Made by a program: the position numbers and the translations under genes
The notes under the pieces: generated by a model
Told to the model about the DNA's origin: nothing
Databases searched by the model: none
The model's input: the letters and a program-made list of their open reading frames with translations, nothing else
In this document: piece after piece, positions 21,207 through 31,465 of the stretch
Layout of the letters: each line of letters starts with the position of its first letter
Numbering within the stretch: the first letter of the stretch is position 1
Source: an uncultured bacterium
GTDB taxonomy: Bacteria > Actinomycetota > Acidimicrobiia > Spongiisociales > UBA5794
Length of the DNA: 64,000 nt
Reading direction: 5' to 3'
NCBI GenBank assembly: GCA_963801165.1
Contig: CAWDDT010000009.1
Span: 224,001-288,000, forward strand

Positions 21207-22102
21207 CCGCGGTTCCCGACTGGTTCTACCGGGCGATGGCCACCCCGTTCGACGAGCGGTCGATCGATGTGGATGGGGTACCGGTCCATTACCTCGAGTG
21301 GGGCGAGCGCGGCCGTCCCGGGTTGGTTCTCGTCCACGGCGGGGCGGCCCATGCCCACTGGTGGACCCATCTCGCCCCGATGTTCGCAGAAGACTGGCAT
21401 GTGGTCGCTCCGGACCTGTCCGGCCACGGTGACAGCGGGTGGCGGTCCGACTATTCGCATCGGGCGTGGGCCCGCGAAGTGATGACGGTTGCCGACGACG
21501 CCGGTTTCCCCGGGCCGCCGGTTATGGTCGGTCACAGCCTCGGGGGAATGGTGACCATCCAGACGGCTTCCGACTACGGCGACCGGCTGCGGGGAGCGGT
21601 CCTCGTTGACACCCCGGTGCGCCGGCCCGCCCCCGAGTCCGAGGAGGGCAGCCGCGGCCAAGCATTCAAGGCGCCCGGCACCTATCCGGACATCGAGACG
21701 GCCCTGCACCACTACCGTCTGATCCCACCCCAACCGTGTGACAACGACTTCATCGTCGATCACATCGCCAGGCATTCCCTGCGGGAGACCGACGACGGGT
21801 GGACGTGGAAATTCGATCCGACGCTATTCCAACACACACTTGTCTCATTGCGCGACCAACTGGCAAGCGTCAAGTGCCGGGTTGCGCTGTTTCGCGGACA
21901 GCACTCGGTGACCGTACCCGAGGACACCGCCTGGTACATGTACGAGCTTATGGATCGCAATGCACCGGTGGTCACCATCCCCGAGGCGCATCACCATCTC
22001 ATCCTCGACCAACCACTCGCCTTCGTCGCAGCTCTGCGAACCCTGCTCGCCGACTGGGACCACTCGGTCCCGCGGAGGAGATCCCTGGCCGAGGGTGGCT
22101 GA
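21203..22102 (+). CDS. Alpha/beta fold hydrolase
   Basis: LVHGG.AH, DLSGHGDS, GHSLGG, HHL.LDQP. Confidence 0.9.
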   Translation: MTAVPDWFYRAMATPFDERSIDVDGVPVHYLEWGERGRPGLVLVHGGAAHAHWWTHLAPMFAEDWHVVAPDLSGHGDSGWRSDYSHRAWAREVMTVADDAGFPGPPVMVGHSLGGMVTIQTASDYGDRLRGAVLVDTPVRRPAPESEEGSRGQAFKAPGTYPDIETALHHYRLIPPQPCDNDFIVDHIARHSLRETDDGWTWKFDPTLFQHTLVSLRDQLASVKCRVALFRGQHSVTVPEDTAWYMYELMDRNAPVVTIPEAHHHLILDQPLAFVAALRTLLADWDHSVPRRRSLAEGG

Positions 22103-22108
22103 CTCTCC

Positions 22109-23323
22109 CTAGAACTCCTGCAACCCTGCCGGTGGCGGGGTGGGCGGGTTCGGATCGAGCGGGATCCATATCGTGAATGTGGACCCGCCCGTCTCCCGGG
22201 CGGCGACCCTCGCCCGGCCGCCGTGGGCGGCGGCAACGTCTTGGACAATCGCCAACCCGAGGCCGAGATGAGAGTCGTCGGCTCCGCTCGCCGCCCCACG
22301 TTGATATCTCTCGAAGACGCGATCGGCCATCTCGGGTTCGATCCCGGGTCCTTCGTCGGAGACCCCGAGCCAGGCCCAGCGGTTCCGCCGGCCGGAGCCC
22401 ACACGCACTGCCGCCCGCGACGGGGAGAGCCGGATCGCATTGTCAACGAGGTTGCTCAGGGCCCGCTTCAGCGCCCCTCGATCGCCGGTGACGGTCACAG
22501 GGTCGCCCGAGATGGCGGTCATCGAGACCGAGCGGGCAACGCCGCTTGCCGTCATTTCGGTCACCACCTCCGCCACCAACTGGTCGAGGTCGACCATCTC
22601 ACGGGCCACGACCCGTTGCCGTTGCCGTGCCGTTGCCAGCAGATCGTCGACGAGCTCCGACATGCGTCCGGAGGTGCGCCTGATGATCTCGCCGGTGTGA
22701 CGCCAATCGGATGAGGTCGCCTCGGGATCCTGGAGGGCGACTTCGACGTTGGTCTGGATGACGGCCAGCGGGTTGCGCAGGTCGTGCGACACGTCTGCGA
22801 TGAACTCCCGCTGCCGTGCGAAACCCTGGTCGAGCCGGTCCAGCATCTGATCGAACGTGTCGGCGAGCCGCCGCAACTCGTCGGGGGGACCGCTGAGACC
22901 GATGCGGCGGGACAGATCGGTGGACTGGATGTCGCGAGCAACGTCTGTGATCTGGTGGATGGGACGCAGGGATCTACCGGCGACGAACCAGCCGATCAGC
23001 AAGCTGATGCAGAACAGCACACCGAGAGCGATGAAGGAGTACGCCGAGAGACGTGCCAGTGTCTGTTCGTTGACCAGCCGCTCCAGGCTCTCCACCTCGG
23101 TCAACTGCAGCTGGGCGAGCGTGACGATCTGCCCGTTGCGAATGGTGTAGGTGGGGGAGACGAGCAGCTGGTTGAACACCGGCTGGCGTTCCAGCGCCAT
23201 CTTCAACCCGAAGTAGATCGCGCCGACTACGAGTGCGCTGGCGCCGAAGAGCAAGCCCGAATAGAGCAGCGACAACCGGAACCGGATCGACTGCATCCAC
23301 AGGGGACGATGCAGACGGCTCAT
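22109..23323 (-). CDS. Sensor histidine kinase (HAMP-HisKA-HATPase)
   Basis: SHDLRNPL, NLVDNA, D.GPGI, GLGLAIV. Confidence 0.92.
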   Translation of the reverse strand: MSRLHRPLWMQSIRFRLSLLYSGLLFGASALVVGAIYFGLKMALERQPVFNQLLVSPTYTIRNGQIVTLAQLQLTEVESLERLVNEQTLARLSAYSFIALGVLFCISLLIGWFVAGRSLRPIHQITDVARDIQSTDLSRRIGLSGPPDELRRLADTFDQMLDRLDQGFARQREFIADVSHDLRNPLAVIQTNVEVALQDPEATSSDWRHTGEIIRRTSGRMSELVDDLLATARQRQRVVAREMVDLDQLVAEVVTEMTASGVARSVSMTAISGDPVTVTGDRGALKRALSNLVDNAIRLSPSRAAVRVGSGRRNRWAWLGVSDEGPGIEPEMADRVFERYQRGAASGADDSHLGLGLAIVQDVAAAHGGRARVAARETGGSTFTIWIPLDPNPPTPPPAGLQEF

Positions 23324-24012
23324 GCCGGTTCCCGCAGCCGGTATCCGATCCCGGCGACGGTTTCCACCAGCTGCTCGGCGCCGGCGGCGTTCAGCTTCCT
23401 ACGCAGGTTGGCGATGGTCACCCGGACGGTGTTGGTGAAAGGATCGGCGTACTCGTCCCACACGTGTTCGAGCAGGGTCTCCTGCGAGAGCACCTCGCCC
23501 GGGTGAATCATGAAGAAGCGCAGCAGCGCAAACTCCTTGGGCGTCAGCCCGAGATCAGCACCGGCGTAGTCGGCCTCGTGTCTGGCATCGTCGAGGACGA
23601 GGTCACCGACCTTCAAACTCGCTCCTCCGGACGCTCCCTCCCGGCGTAGCAGGGCCCTGACTCGGGCGGCCAGCTCTCCGAAAGCGAAGGGCTTGACCAG
23701 GTAGTCATCCGCCCCGGCATCGAGACCGGAAATCCGGTCAGCAATCGCGTCGCGGGCGGTCAGCATCAGCACCCGGGGCGGCGGTGCGGTGTCGATGACG
23801 ACCTCGCCGCGCCGAATCATCCCGCAGATGGACCAACCATCGATGTCGGGGAGGTTCCAATCGAGGCAAACGAGGTCGTACTCGTTGCCGCTCAGCCGAT
23901 CGATGGCAGACCGGCCGTCGTAAGCAACGTCCACCGCATAGTGCTCGCGACGCAACCCCCTGGCGATGGCGTCGGCCAGGTCGGTCTCGTCCTCGACAAC
24001 CAACAAGCGCAC
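23320..24012 (-). CDS. OmpR-family response regulator
   Basis: LLVVEDE, LDWNLPD.DG, GADDYLVKPF, winged-helix ETV.GIGY; GTG at 24012. Confidence 0.92.
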   Translation of the reverse strand: MRLLVVEDETDLADAIARGLRREHYAVDVAYDGRSAIDRLSGNEYDLVCLDWNLPDIDGWSICGMIRRGEVVIDTAPPPRVLMLTARDAIADRISGLDAGADDYLVKPFAFGELAARVRALLRREGASGGASLKVGDLVLDDARHEADYAGADLGLTPKEFALLRFFMIHPGEVLSQETLLEHVWDEYADPFTNTVRVTIANLRRKLNAAGAEQLVETVAGIGYRLREPA

Positions 24013-24068
24013 ACCCGGCAAAATAGCGCCCCGCCCGTTATCGCATGCCGTGTCTCCGGGCGAAGTCC

Positions 24069-25061
24069 TCAGGCTCGTATCTCTTGTCGCATGAACACCA
24101 CATAGGCAGCAGCAAAGCTGACGACGGTCAGGGCCACCAGCCCGACGATCTGCGGCCACACCAGCAGCAGGCTCTGGTCGAGCGACAGGTCCGTGATGAT
24201 GGCCCGATCGAGTTGCTGGATCGTGACGACGCCCACTGCCCGCACCTCAGGGTCGAGGAGCGCGCTGGTAGCGTCGTCGTAGAGCGTGATCGGCGACAGC
24301 CGGGACAGGTTCTGCTCCACCTGGGCGTTGTGGAGGATCTGTGCCGGTGCGGCGTCGGCGGGCGCGGGAGCGATGACGTCGGCGAGCAGTTGCACCAGAA
24401 GAGCGGCGAACAGGGCGAGCACCAGCCATGTGGCGATGGCGACCATCGCCGACGACGATGCCCTGCGCAGCGCGACCGAGCACAGCATCGCAAACGCAAG
24501 CCAGAAACCAACGTAGAGGATGGCGACCACCAGCCACAGGAGCAGCCGGATCGCCTCGCTGAGTGTCGGCGTGATGCCGAGCCGGAAGATGCCGAGCCCG
24601 GCCACGATCAACACCAATGTTGTCAACATGACACCGATCACCACCAGACCGGCGACGAACTTCCCGTTGATGACGTCGTCGCGGTGGATCGGCTGGGCAA
24701 CCAGGCGCGGCAATGTGCCCTGAGCCCGTTCCCCGCTTATGGCGTCGAACCCGAACGCGATGCCGAGAATGGGCGCCAGGAACCCGATGAGGGCAAAGAA
24801 CGAGAACGGCATCGGAGCGGCGGAGATAGTAAACAGACGGAGGAACAGCGACGGTGTGCCCGAGGCCTGGGGAGCGACGTTGCGAATTCCCGTAGCCGCG
24901 GTATAGACGGCACCGGCCGCAGCCAGCGACAGGATGATCAGCAGCACGATGAAGCGCGCCGAGAGGAGATTGTCGGCGAGTTCCTTGCGGGCCACGACGC
25001 GCCAGCCACGGGAGCGCTGTCTGATCAGAACGGTCGTCGGGCCCTCAGAGGTTGTTGTCAT
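24069..25061 (-). CDS. ABC-2 type transporter permease
   Basis: KELAD, GFDAISGER..GTL..L.AQPI.R; ATG at 25061. Confidence 0.88.
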   Translation of the reverse strand: MTTTSEGPTTVLIRQRSRGWRVVARKELADNLLSARFIVLLIILSLAAAGAVYTAATGIRNVAPQASGTPSLFLRLFTISAAPMPFSFFALIGFLAPILGIAFGFDAISGERAQGTLPRLVAQPIHRDDVINGKFVAGLVVIGVMLTTLVLIVAGLGIFRLGITPTLSEAIRLLLWLVVAILYVGFWLAFAMLCSVALRRASSSAMVAIATWLVLALFAALLVQLLADVIAPAPADAAPAQILHNAQVEQNLSRLSPITLYDDATSALLDPEVRAVGVVTIQQLDRAIITDLSLDQSLLLVWPQIVGLVALTVVSFAAAYVVFMRQEIRA

Positions 25062-26001
25062 CTGCGCTCTCCTGTTCGAAGAAGTGGTGGTAGATGTCGG
25101 CCAGGTCGGTGCCGAGTCTCCGCACTTGCCACACGTCGATTCCGGTGGTGGCCAGGGTGCGCACGATGGCGGGCACGTCGGGGGCGACCGCAGTGACTTG
25201 CCACAGACCGGGGCCTGTGCCGGAGGGAGGAACAACTGCGGTCACTCCCGGCGCCGCGGCCAGCGCCGCGCGGATCTCATCGGTGGGTCCTGTGGCACCG
25301 ATTTCGATGGTCGACAGACCGTCACTCTCAGCGAGCTCGTCGGGGCTGCCGCAGGCTATGAGCTTGCCCGCAACGAAGATACCGACTCGATCGCAGACGG
25401 CTTGAACCTGGTTGAGGAGATGACTCGACAACAGGAGGGTGACGCCACGCTCCCTGGCCAGGCTGCGAATCAGCCCGAGGATCTCGATGACACCTTCGGG
25501 GTCGATGGCGGCAGTGGGCTCGTCGAGAATCAGGATTTCCGGGTCTTTGACGAGAGCGTCGGCGAGCCCGAGACGTTGCAGCATGCCCCGGGAATAGGTG
25601 CCCGCGAGTGAGTCGGAGGCACCGTTCAGACCGACGAGGTCGAGGAGCTCGGAGATGCGTGCCTCGCCCGACGCACGCGAGAGCCCGTTTAGCCGTGCCG
25701 TGTAGCGAAGGTTCTCCCGCCCGGTCAAGGACTCGTAGAAGCCGACGCTGTCCGGTAGGTAGCCGACGACCCGTTTCACGTCCAGGGGTCGTCGGACCGG
25801 GTCGACACCGGCGACGCGGACGGTGCCGGAGGATGGCTCGGCGAGCCCGAGCAGCATCAGGATCGTCGTTGTCTTGCCGGCCCCGTTTGGTCCGAGCAGG
25901 CCGAAGATCTCACCGCGTTCGACCTCGAGGTCGAGATGGTCGACGGCCGTCAGCTCGCCGTACCGTTTGGTGAGCGCTCGTGAGGCGATGGCGGTCTCCA
26001 T
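25045..26001 (-). CDS. ABC transporter ATP-binding protein
   Basis: GPNGAGKTT, YSRGMLQRL, LILDEPT; ATG at 26001. Confidence 0.92.
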   Translation of the reverse strand: METAIASRALTKRYGELTAVDHLDLEVERGEIFGLLGPNGAGKTTTILMLLGLAEPSSGTVRVAGVDPVRRPLDVKRVVGYLPDSVGFYESLTGRENLRYTARLNGLSRASGEARISELLDLVGLNGASDSLAGTYSRGMLQRLGLADALVKDPEILILDEPTAAIDPEGVIEILGLIRSLARERGVTLLLSSHLLNQVQAVCDRVGIFVAGKLIACGSPDELAESDGLSTIEIGATGPTDEIRAALAAAPGVTAVVPPSGTGPGLWQVTAVAPDVPAIVRTLATTGIDVWQVRRLGTDLADIYHHFFEQESADDNNL

Positions 26002-26005
26002 CGCC

Positions 26006-27172
26006 TCACCTGCGTCCGAAGCGCTGGAAGACAACACCGAGGCCGGCGATGACCACGACAATCAGGCCGAGGCTGACACCACCCCACAGCACCGAGGTCT
26101 TCACTGTGGTTCTCAGGTCCATGCTTGCTTGCGCGGCATCCGTTGACGATCGGATGGTGACGATGTAGTCGCCCGTAACCGCATCCTGGGAGGGGGTGAT
26201 GATGGCGTTGACCTGGGCGGTCTCACCCGGTGCCACTGCCGCGATCCCGGCAGGATCAAAGCTCACGTCCCAACCCGACGGTGCGGTTGCGTTCAGTTGC
26301 ACGTTCTCCAGGGGGGCCGTTCCGGTGTTGACGAGCACCATCGGCACCTCGGTCGCGGCTCCAGCATGCACGTCGGCGTTGAGCCGCTGGTCCGGTGTCG
26401 ACAGTGTGGCCGAGTAGCTGCCTGTTATCTCCACGCTGAGTGCGGCGCTGACGGTTGTGTCCGCTCCGGTGGCATTGACCGTGATCGGGTAGGTGCCCGC
26501 GGCCGCGTCCGACCGCGGCGTGACCGCGACCGTCATCCGGCCCGATGCGCCGGCGGCGACGGTCAGGGTGGCCGCCTGTGACTCACCTGATGGCTTCACG
26601 TCGATGGTCCAGCCGGCGGGCCCATCGGCGCCGAGAGAGAACTCGGCGTCCTTTGGTGTCTGGTTGTCGAGCGTCAGATCGAATGAGAAGCTGGCGTCGG
26701 ATGATCCTCGCAGCACCGGGAAGTCGGTGCTCAGCGTCATGGTCCCGCCGACGGCTTCGGAGACCTGCAGTTCGAGCTGCAGGGTCGATTTCCCCGACGG
26801 TGAGTCGGCCTGGGCCGTGATCTTGTAGTCACCGGCGGCGGCATCGGTGGGTACGTCTGCTTCGAGCGTGAGATGCGGCATGTCGGCAGAGTTGACGATG
26901 ACCTGATCGACGATGAACCCGCCACCGCGGATATTTACCGGCCATCCGTCGGGCGCGTCGGTGACAGCGAACGAGACGCGCTCGCCGTCCGGTGCGGCGA
27001 CGGTGAGGGGGAATGATGCGGTCTCACCCGGTGTGACCGCTACCCCGGCGTACGGGGTCGATAGCGTTACTCCGGTGGTCGCATCCTGGGCTACTGCCGG
27101 CAGCACCGGGAGCGCCAACAGCGCCACCACGCCCAGCAGGAGCACAGCGGCGCGCTTCAGCTTCTTGAACAC
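26006..27172 (-). CDS. Secreted, membrane-anchored Ig-like repeat protein (NEW3/NPCBM-associated type)
   Basis: Signal peptide, three repeats with P.GW and A..G.Y.I, C-terminal TM plus RFGRR. Confidence 0.8.
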   Translation of the reverse strand: MFKKLKRAAVLLLGVVALLALPVLPAVAQDATTGVTLSTPYAGVAVTPGETASFPLTVAAPDGERVSFAVTDAPDGWPVNIRGGGFIVDQVIVNSADMPHLTLEADVPTDAAAGDYKITAQADSPSGKSTLQLELQVSEAVGGTMTLSTDFPVLRGSSDASFSFDLTLDNQTPKDAEFSLGADGPAGWTIDVKPSGESQAATLTVAAGASGRMTVAVTPRSDAAAGTYPITVNATGADTTVSAALSVEITGSYSATLSTPDQRLNADVHAGAATEVPMVLVNTGTAPLENVQLNATAPSGWDVSFDPAGIAAVAPGETAQVNAIITPSQDAVTGDYIVTIRSSTDAAQASMDLRTTVKTSVLWGGVSLGLIVVVIAGLGVVFQRFGRR

Positions 27173-27245
27173 TTGGTCCTCCTCGAACGCGCGCCCTCGA
27201 GGCGCGCAATGTCTGGTTTCTGCCCCTCACGGATACCGAACCGCA

Positions 27246-27265
27246 GATAAAGCCCGTGTAAAAGC
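27246..27265 (-). promoter_or_regulatory. Putative OmpR-type tandem binding site upstream of the NEW3-ABC-RR-HK operon
   Basis: TTTA repeats 11 bp apart (GCTTTTACacggGCTTTATC) in GC-rich context. Confidence 0.35.
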
Positions 27266-27436
27266 GTGACCGGATCCCGGATCCGGGCTCGGGGCGAATC
27301 GTGGATCTACGGTCGGGTCAGCATGGAATTCCGGTCCGGGCCGTGCCCCGACGGCCTCGCCGCGGGCGGATCGCAGATCGGGTCAACCCGGACTGGGTAG
27401 CATCCGATAGTCTGGACGAAGGGCTCCGAAGAAATC

Positions 27437-28171
27437 ATGGATCGATACCGAACACCGACAGTCAGCCTCGCCGAGGCCTATCACGTGGCGCAGCGCTGGC
27501 TCACGTTCCTCGGTGCGGTGCCCGAGCAGATAACCGAGCCGGCAGACGGCATCATCGAGTTGCGCAGCCCGGGTCTCGTCACCCGCATCAAGTTCGATCG
27601 GGCCGCGGTGACCCCATCCGCGATCCTGGCGTTGCTTCACGCAACCGATGGCGAACCGGTGCGACGGCTGCTGTTCTCGGTCACGGGCTTCACCGAGGGT
27701 GCGAAGTCGCTCGGAGAGAGCCGTGGTTTCGGCCTGCTCGACATCGACGCGATCGGTGATGTCCACGCCCACACAACGTACGCCCGCAGCCTGGTGCCGA
27801 GCGAGCCACTCGAGCCGGCGTTCCTCCATTCCCCGAACCCGGAGAGTGAGACGATCGAAGCGCAGATGAACCCCTTTGGCCCGATCGAGGACGCCTCCAA
27901 GGAGTGGGTCGACTGCCCGCGTTGCGGGGTCACCCAGCATCATTCCGTGGAGGTATGCGTGTCGTGTGGGGCCGATATATCGCCGCGGGCCCGGATGGCT
28001 TCTGCACAATCGCCGCTGAGCGGACAGGCTCCGATGGTGGCCGCCCGGCCGAACCTCGTCGGCCAGCCGGCTCCACCGGCCACCTCGGTACCGCGGGCCC
28101 CTGCCGGTGCTCCCCGGCTGCGCTGCCGCACCTGTGGCAGCCACGACATCGAGCTGCAACACGGCGGCTGA
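27437..28171 (+). CDS. Hypothetical protein: degenerate Mrr/restriction-endonuclease-like N-domain plus Zn ribbons
   Basis: A..WL.FLG...ADGIIEL...VTRIK...LLFS.TGFT..A; CPRC..CVSC; terminal CRTCG. Confidence 0.55.
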   Translation: MDRYRTPTVSLAEAYHVAQRWLTFLGAVPEQITEPADGIIELRSPGLVTRIKFDRAAVTPSAILALLHATDGEPVRRLLFSVTGFTEGAKSLGESRGFGLLDIDAIGDVHAHTTYARSLVPSEPLEPAFLHSPNPESETIEAQMNPFGPIEDASKEWVDCPRCGVTQHHSVEVCVSCGADISPRARMASAQSPLSGQAPMVAARPNLVGQPAPPATSVPRAPAGAPRLRCRTCGSHDIELQHGG

Positions 28172-28176
28172 GCACG

Positions 28177-28962
28177 TTGTTCACCTGGGATCCGCAGCAG
28201 TACTCGAGATTCGACGATCATCGGCTCAGACCGGCGCTTGATCTGCTCGCCCGCGTGCATCACGGGGATCCCCGACTCATCTACGACATCGGGACCGGGC
28301 GCGGGCAGTTGGCCCGGTTGATGTCCGATCGCTGGCCGAACGCAGATGTGATCGGGACGGACACATCGACCGCGATGCTTGCCGATGCAGCGCTGGTACC
28401 CAGCCGGGTGCGTTGGGTCGGGCAGGACGTGCGTGCCTGGGATCCTCCCGAGCACCCCGACATCATCTTCTCGAACGCGGTGCTCCACTGGGTGCCCGAT
28501 CACGACGGGCTGATCGTGACCCTTGCAGAGTCCCTACAGCCGGATGGGATGCTGGCGATCCAGATGCCGCTCAGTTGGAGTGAGCCGTCGCACCGGCTGA
28601 TGCGTGAGGTATTGGGGGGCACGGGCGAGGGCGGGCCAATCGGGCCCGAAGAGCTGAGGGAGCGCATAGGGAGACGACCGGTCGCAGACCCGGAGCACTA
28701 TCACGACCTGCTCCGTCCGCTCTGTGCCGACGTTGACGTCTGGAAGACGGTCTTCTACCAGGCGCTGAGCGGTGACGATCCTGTACTCGAATGGGTGAAG
28801 GGAACTGCCCTGCGCCCGATCCTCGAGGAGCTTGGCGATGACGACCGCGATCGTTTCCTCGCCACCTACCGATCGAAACTACGGTCCGCGTACCCGCAAC
28901 GGCAGGACGGAACGACCCTCTACCCCTTCCCCCGCCTCTTCATCGTCGCCCGACACGGGTAG
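28177..28962 (+). CDS. tam: Trans-aconitate 2-methyltransferase
   Basis: WDPQQY.RF...R.RP..DLLAR, SNAVLHWVPDH, WVKGT.LRP, YPFPRLFIVA; TTG at 28177. Confidence 0.85.
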   Translation: MFTWDPQQYSRFDDHRLRPALDLLARVHHGDPRLIYDIGTGRGQLARLMSDRWPNADVIGTDTSTAMLADAALVPSRVRWVGQDVRAWDPPEHPDIIFSNAVLHWVPDHDGLIVTLAESLQPDGMLAIQMPLSWSEPSHRLMREVLGGTGEGGPIGPEELRERIGRRPVADPEHYHDLLRPLCADVDVWKTVFYQALSGDDPVLEWVKGTALRPILEELGDDDRDRFLATYRSKLRSAYPQRQDGTTLYPFPRLFIVARHG

Positions 28963-29055
28963 GCCGCAATGGGCGGATTGCTGTTTGCACCCGCCGGCGC
29001 ACCGAGCCCGGCGTTGCGGCGGCGAATATCATGATGGCGGCAGAAGGAGGAGCAG

Positions 29056-30696
29056 ATGGCTCTTGCTCACGATGCAGGCCCGACATCGGTACCGCTCATT
29101 CACCAGACGATTGGCGACAATCTGCGGGCCACGGTGGCCCGCTTCCGGGATGGGGAGGCGCTGGTCGTTCCGTACCAGAACGTCCGGCTCACCTACGCCG
29201 AGTTCGATGCAGAGGTCGACCGGGTGGCGCGCGGGCTGCTTGCCCTCGGGCTCGAAAAGGGAGATCGGATCGGTATCTGGAGCCCCAACAACGCCGAGTG
29301 GGTGCTGGTCCAATATGCGACGGCCCGTATGGGGGCGATCCTGGTCAACATCAACCCCGCTTACCGCACCAGCGAGCTCGAATATGCGCTCAACCAGTCG
29401 GGGTGCCGTTTTCTCGTCTCGGCGCCCGAGTTCCTCACAAGCGACTACCGGAAGATGGTTGCCGAGGTCGCCCCTTCCGTGCCCTCCCTGGAACGGACGA
29501 TCTTCCTCGATTCAGACGACTGGGACCAGCTGCTGTCGGGGGCGGAGACGGTGTCGCAACGAACACTCGATGAGATCTCAGCCGGGCTCGACCCGGGCGA
29601 TGCGATCAACATCCAGTACACGTCGGGGACGACTGGTTTTCCCAAGGGTGCCACGCTCAGCCACATCAACATCCTCAACAACGGATTCTTCGTCGGGGAG
29701 ATGTGCCGATACAGCAACGTCGACCGGGTGTGCATTCCCGTACCGTTCTATCACTGCTTCGGTATGGTGCTCGGCAATCTCGCTTGCACCACCCACGGGG
29801 CGGCAATTGTCGTTCCCGGACCCCGCTTCCTCCCGGACGCGGTGCTGCAAACGGTCAACGACGAGCGCTGCACCTCGCTGTACGGGGTACCCACCATGTT
29901 CATCGCAGCTCTCGGGCATCCCGGGGTCGCCAAATACGATTTGTCGTCGCTACGCACAGGGATCATGGCCGGCTCGCCATGTCCGGTTGAGGTGATGAAG
30001 CGGGTCATCTCCGATTTCAACATGACCGAGGTGACCATCGCTTACGGGATGACCGAGACCTCGCCGGTCTCTACACAGACCAGCCCGGACGACGATATCG
30101 ACCGCAGGGTCTCCACCGTCGGCCGGATCCACCCGCACGTCGAGGTGAAGATCGTCGATCCCGAGACCGGGGACACTGTGGGGCGGGGTGACTCCGGCGA
30201 GCTGTGCGCCCGTGGCTATTCGGTGATGATCGGCTATTGGAACGACCCCGAGCGAACCGCAGAGGCGATCGACGAGGGCGGCTGGATGCACACCGGTGAC
30301 CTCGCCACGATGGACGATGCGGGTTACGTCAACATCGTCGGCCGGATCAAGGACATGATCATCCGCGGCGGCGAGAACGTCTATCCCCGTGAGATCGAGG
30401 AGTTTCTCTACACCCACCCGGATGTTGTCGATGCCCAGGTCATCGGTGTTCCCGACGTCAAGTTCGGCGAGGAGATCATGGCGTGGGTGACACAGCGGGA
30501 GGGCGCCAACCTCACCGAAGAAGGGCTCAAGGAGTTCTGCAAGGGCAAGATCGCCCACTTCAAGATCCCCCGGTACGTGCGGTTCGTACCCGAGTTCCCG
30601 ATGACCGTCACCGGCAAGGTGCAGAAGTTCAAGATGCGAGAGATGGCCATCGAGCAGCTTGGTCTCCAGGACGCGGCCGCCATCGAGTCTGCGTAG
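29056..30696 (+). CDS. AMP-binding acyl-CoA synthetase
   Basis: [44 protein letters not shown]. Confidence 0.93.
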   Translation: MALAHDAGPTSVPLIHQTIGDNLRATVARFRDGEALVVPYQNVRLTYAEFDAEVDRVARGLLALGLEKGDRIGIWSPNNAEWVLVQYATARMGAILVNINPAYRTSELEYALNQSGCRFLVSAPEFLTSDYRKMVAEVAPSVPSLERTIFLDSDDWDQLLSGAETVSQRTLDEISAGLDPGDAINIQYTSGTTGFPKGATLSHINILNNGFFVGEMCRYSNVDRVCIPVPFYHCFGMVLGNLACTTHGAAIVVPGPRFLPDAVLQTVNDERCTSLYGVPTMFIAALGHPGVAKYDLSSLRTGIMAGSPCPVEVMKRVISDFNMTEVTIAYGMTETSPVSTQTSPDDDIDRRVSTVGRIHPHVEVKIVDPETGDTVGRGDSGELCARGYSVMIGYWNDPERTAEAIDEGGWMHTGDLATMDDAGYVNIVGRIKDMIIRGGENVYPREIEEFLYTHPDVVDAQVIGVPDVKFGEEIMAWVTQREGANLTEEGLKEFCKGKIAHFKIPRYVRFVPEFPMTVTGKVQKFKMREMAIEQLGLQDAAAIESA

Positions 30697-30777
30697 AGCG
30701 AGTCTCGGCGTCGCAGAGCCGGGCGCCACGACGAGGTGCGGATGTCGACCAAATGCCCGGGGATCCGGCGTGGGGTC

Positions 30778-31455
30778 TCACAACTCGACCCGGTCGTCCT
30801 TTTCCTCGTCGTAGTAGTCGAGGCGGTGGATCGGGGCAACCAGCGAGGTCAGGAAGTTCATGACGTGGGCGGTGATCCGTTTCAGGAACCGGAAGTAGAG
30901 CGTCCTGGCGACTGCGTCTGACGCCTGCCCCTCCGACTTGAAAGCCGCTTTGACATTGTTGTCGAATTCATCGAAGTAGGTGTCGCCCTTTGCGATCAGC
31001 TCGCGGGCTCCGTCGGCGTCATGGGTCTCGAACACCTCGATGGCGTCGCAGATGAACTGGCCGACGCGATCGCGATGGCCGGCGAGGAACTCGACGTCTT
31101 CGGCGCTGGTGAAATCGGTTCCGAACTTGGCCAGGTCGTACAGGTTCTTGGCGTAGTCCCCGACTCGCTCGACATCTTTGACGATGCTCATGTACGCAAG
31201 GGTCTCCGCCAGATCAATCGTGGGGCTGACCGATGCGTGCATCATGAGATCGCGCCGCACCTGCTGTTGGGCGAGGTTGATCTCCCGGTCGGTCTTCTTC
31301 AGGCCCTTCTTCGTGGATTTCGAGGTTCCGCCACCGAAGACCGCATCCATGGCGTCGTCGTAGTTCTGCCTGGCGTTCTGCATCATCTCGACGAGGGTCT
31401 TTTCGACCTCGTCGATGGTTGAACGACCGCCGCCTCTGAAGAAATCGAAGACCAA
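30778..31455 (-). CDS. PhoU-domain protein
   Basis: D.EIN, VKDVERVGDYAKNL, LKRI.AH..N; downstream of the Na/Pi symporter. Confidence 0.8.
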   Translation of the reverse strand: MVFDFFRGGGRSTIDEVEKTLVEMMQNARQNYDDAMDAVFGGGTSKSTKKGLKKTDREINLAQQQVRRDLMMHASVSPTIDLAETLAYMSIVKDVERVGDYAKNLYDLAKFGTDFTSAEDVEFLAGHRDRVGQFICDAIEVFETHDADGARELIAKGDTYFDEFDNNVKAAFKSEGQASDAVARTLYFRFLKRITAHVMNFLTSLVAPIHRLDYYDEEKDDRVEL

Positions 31456-31465
31456 GTGGTCCCTC

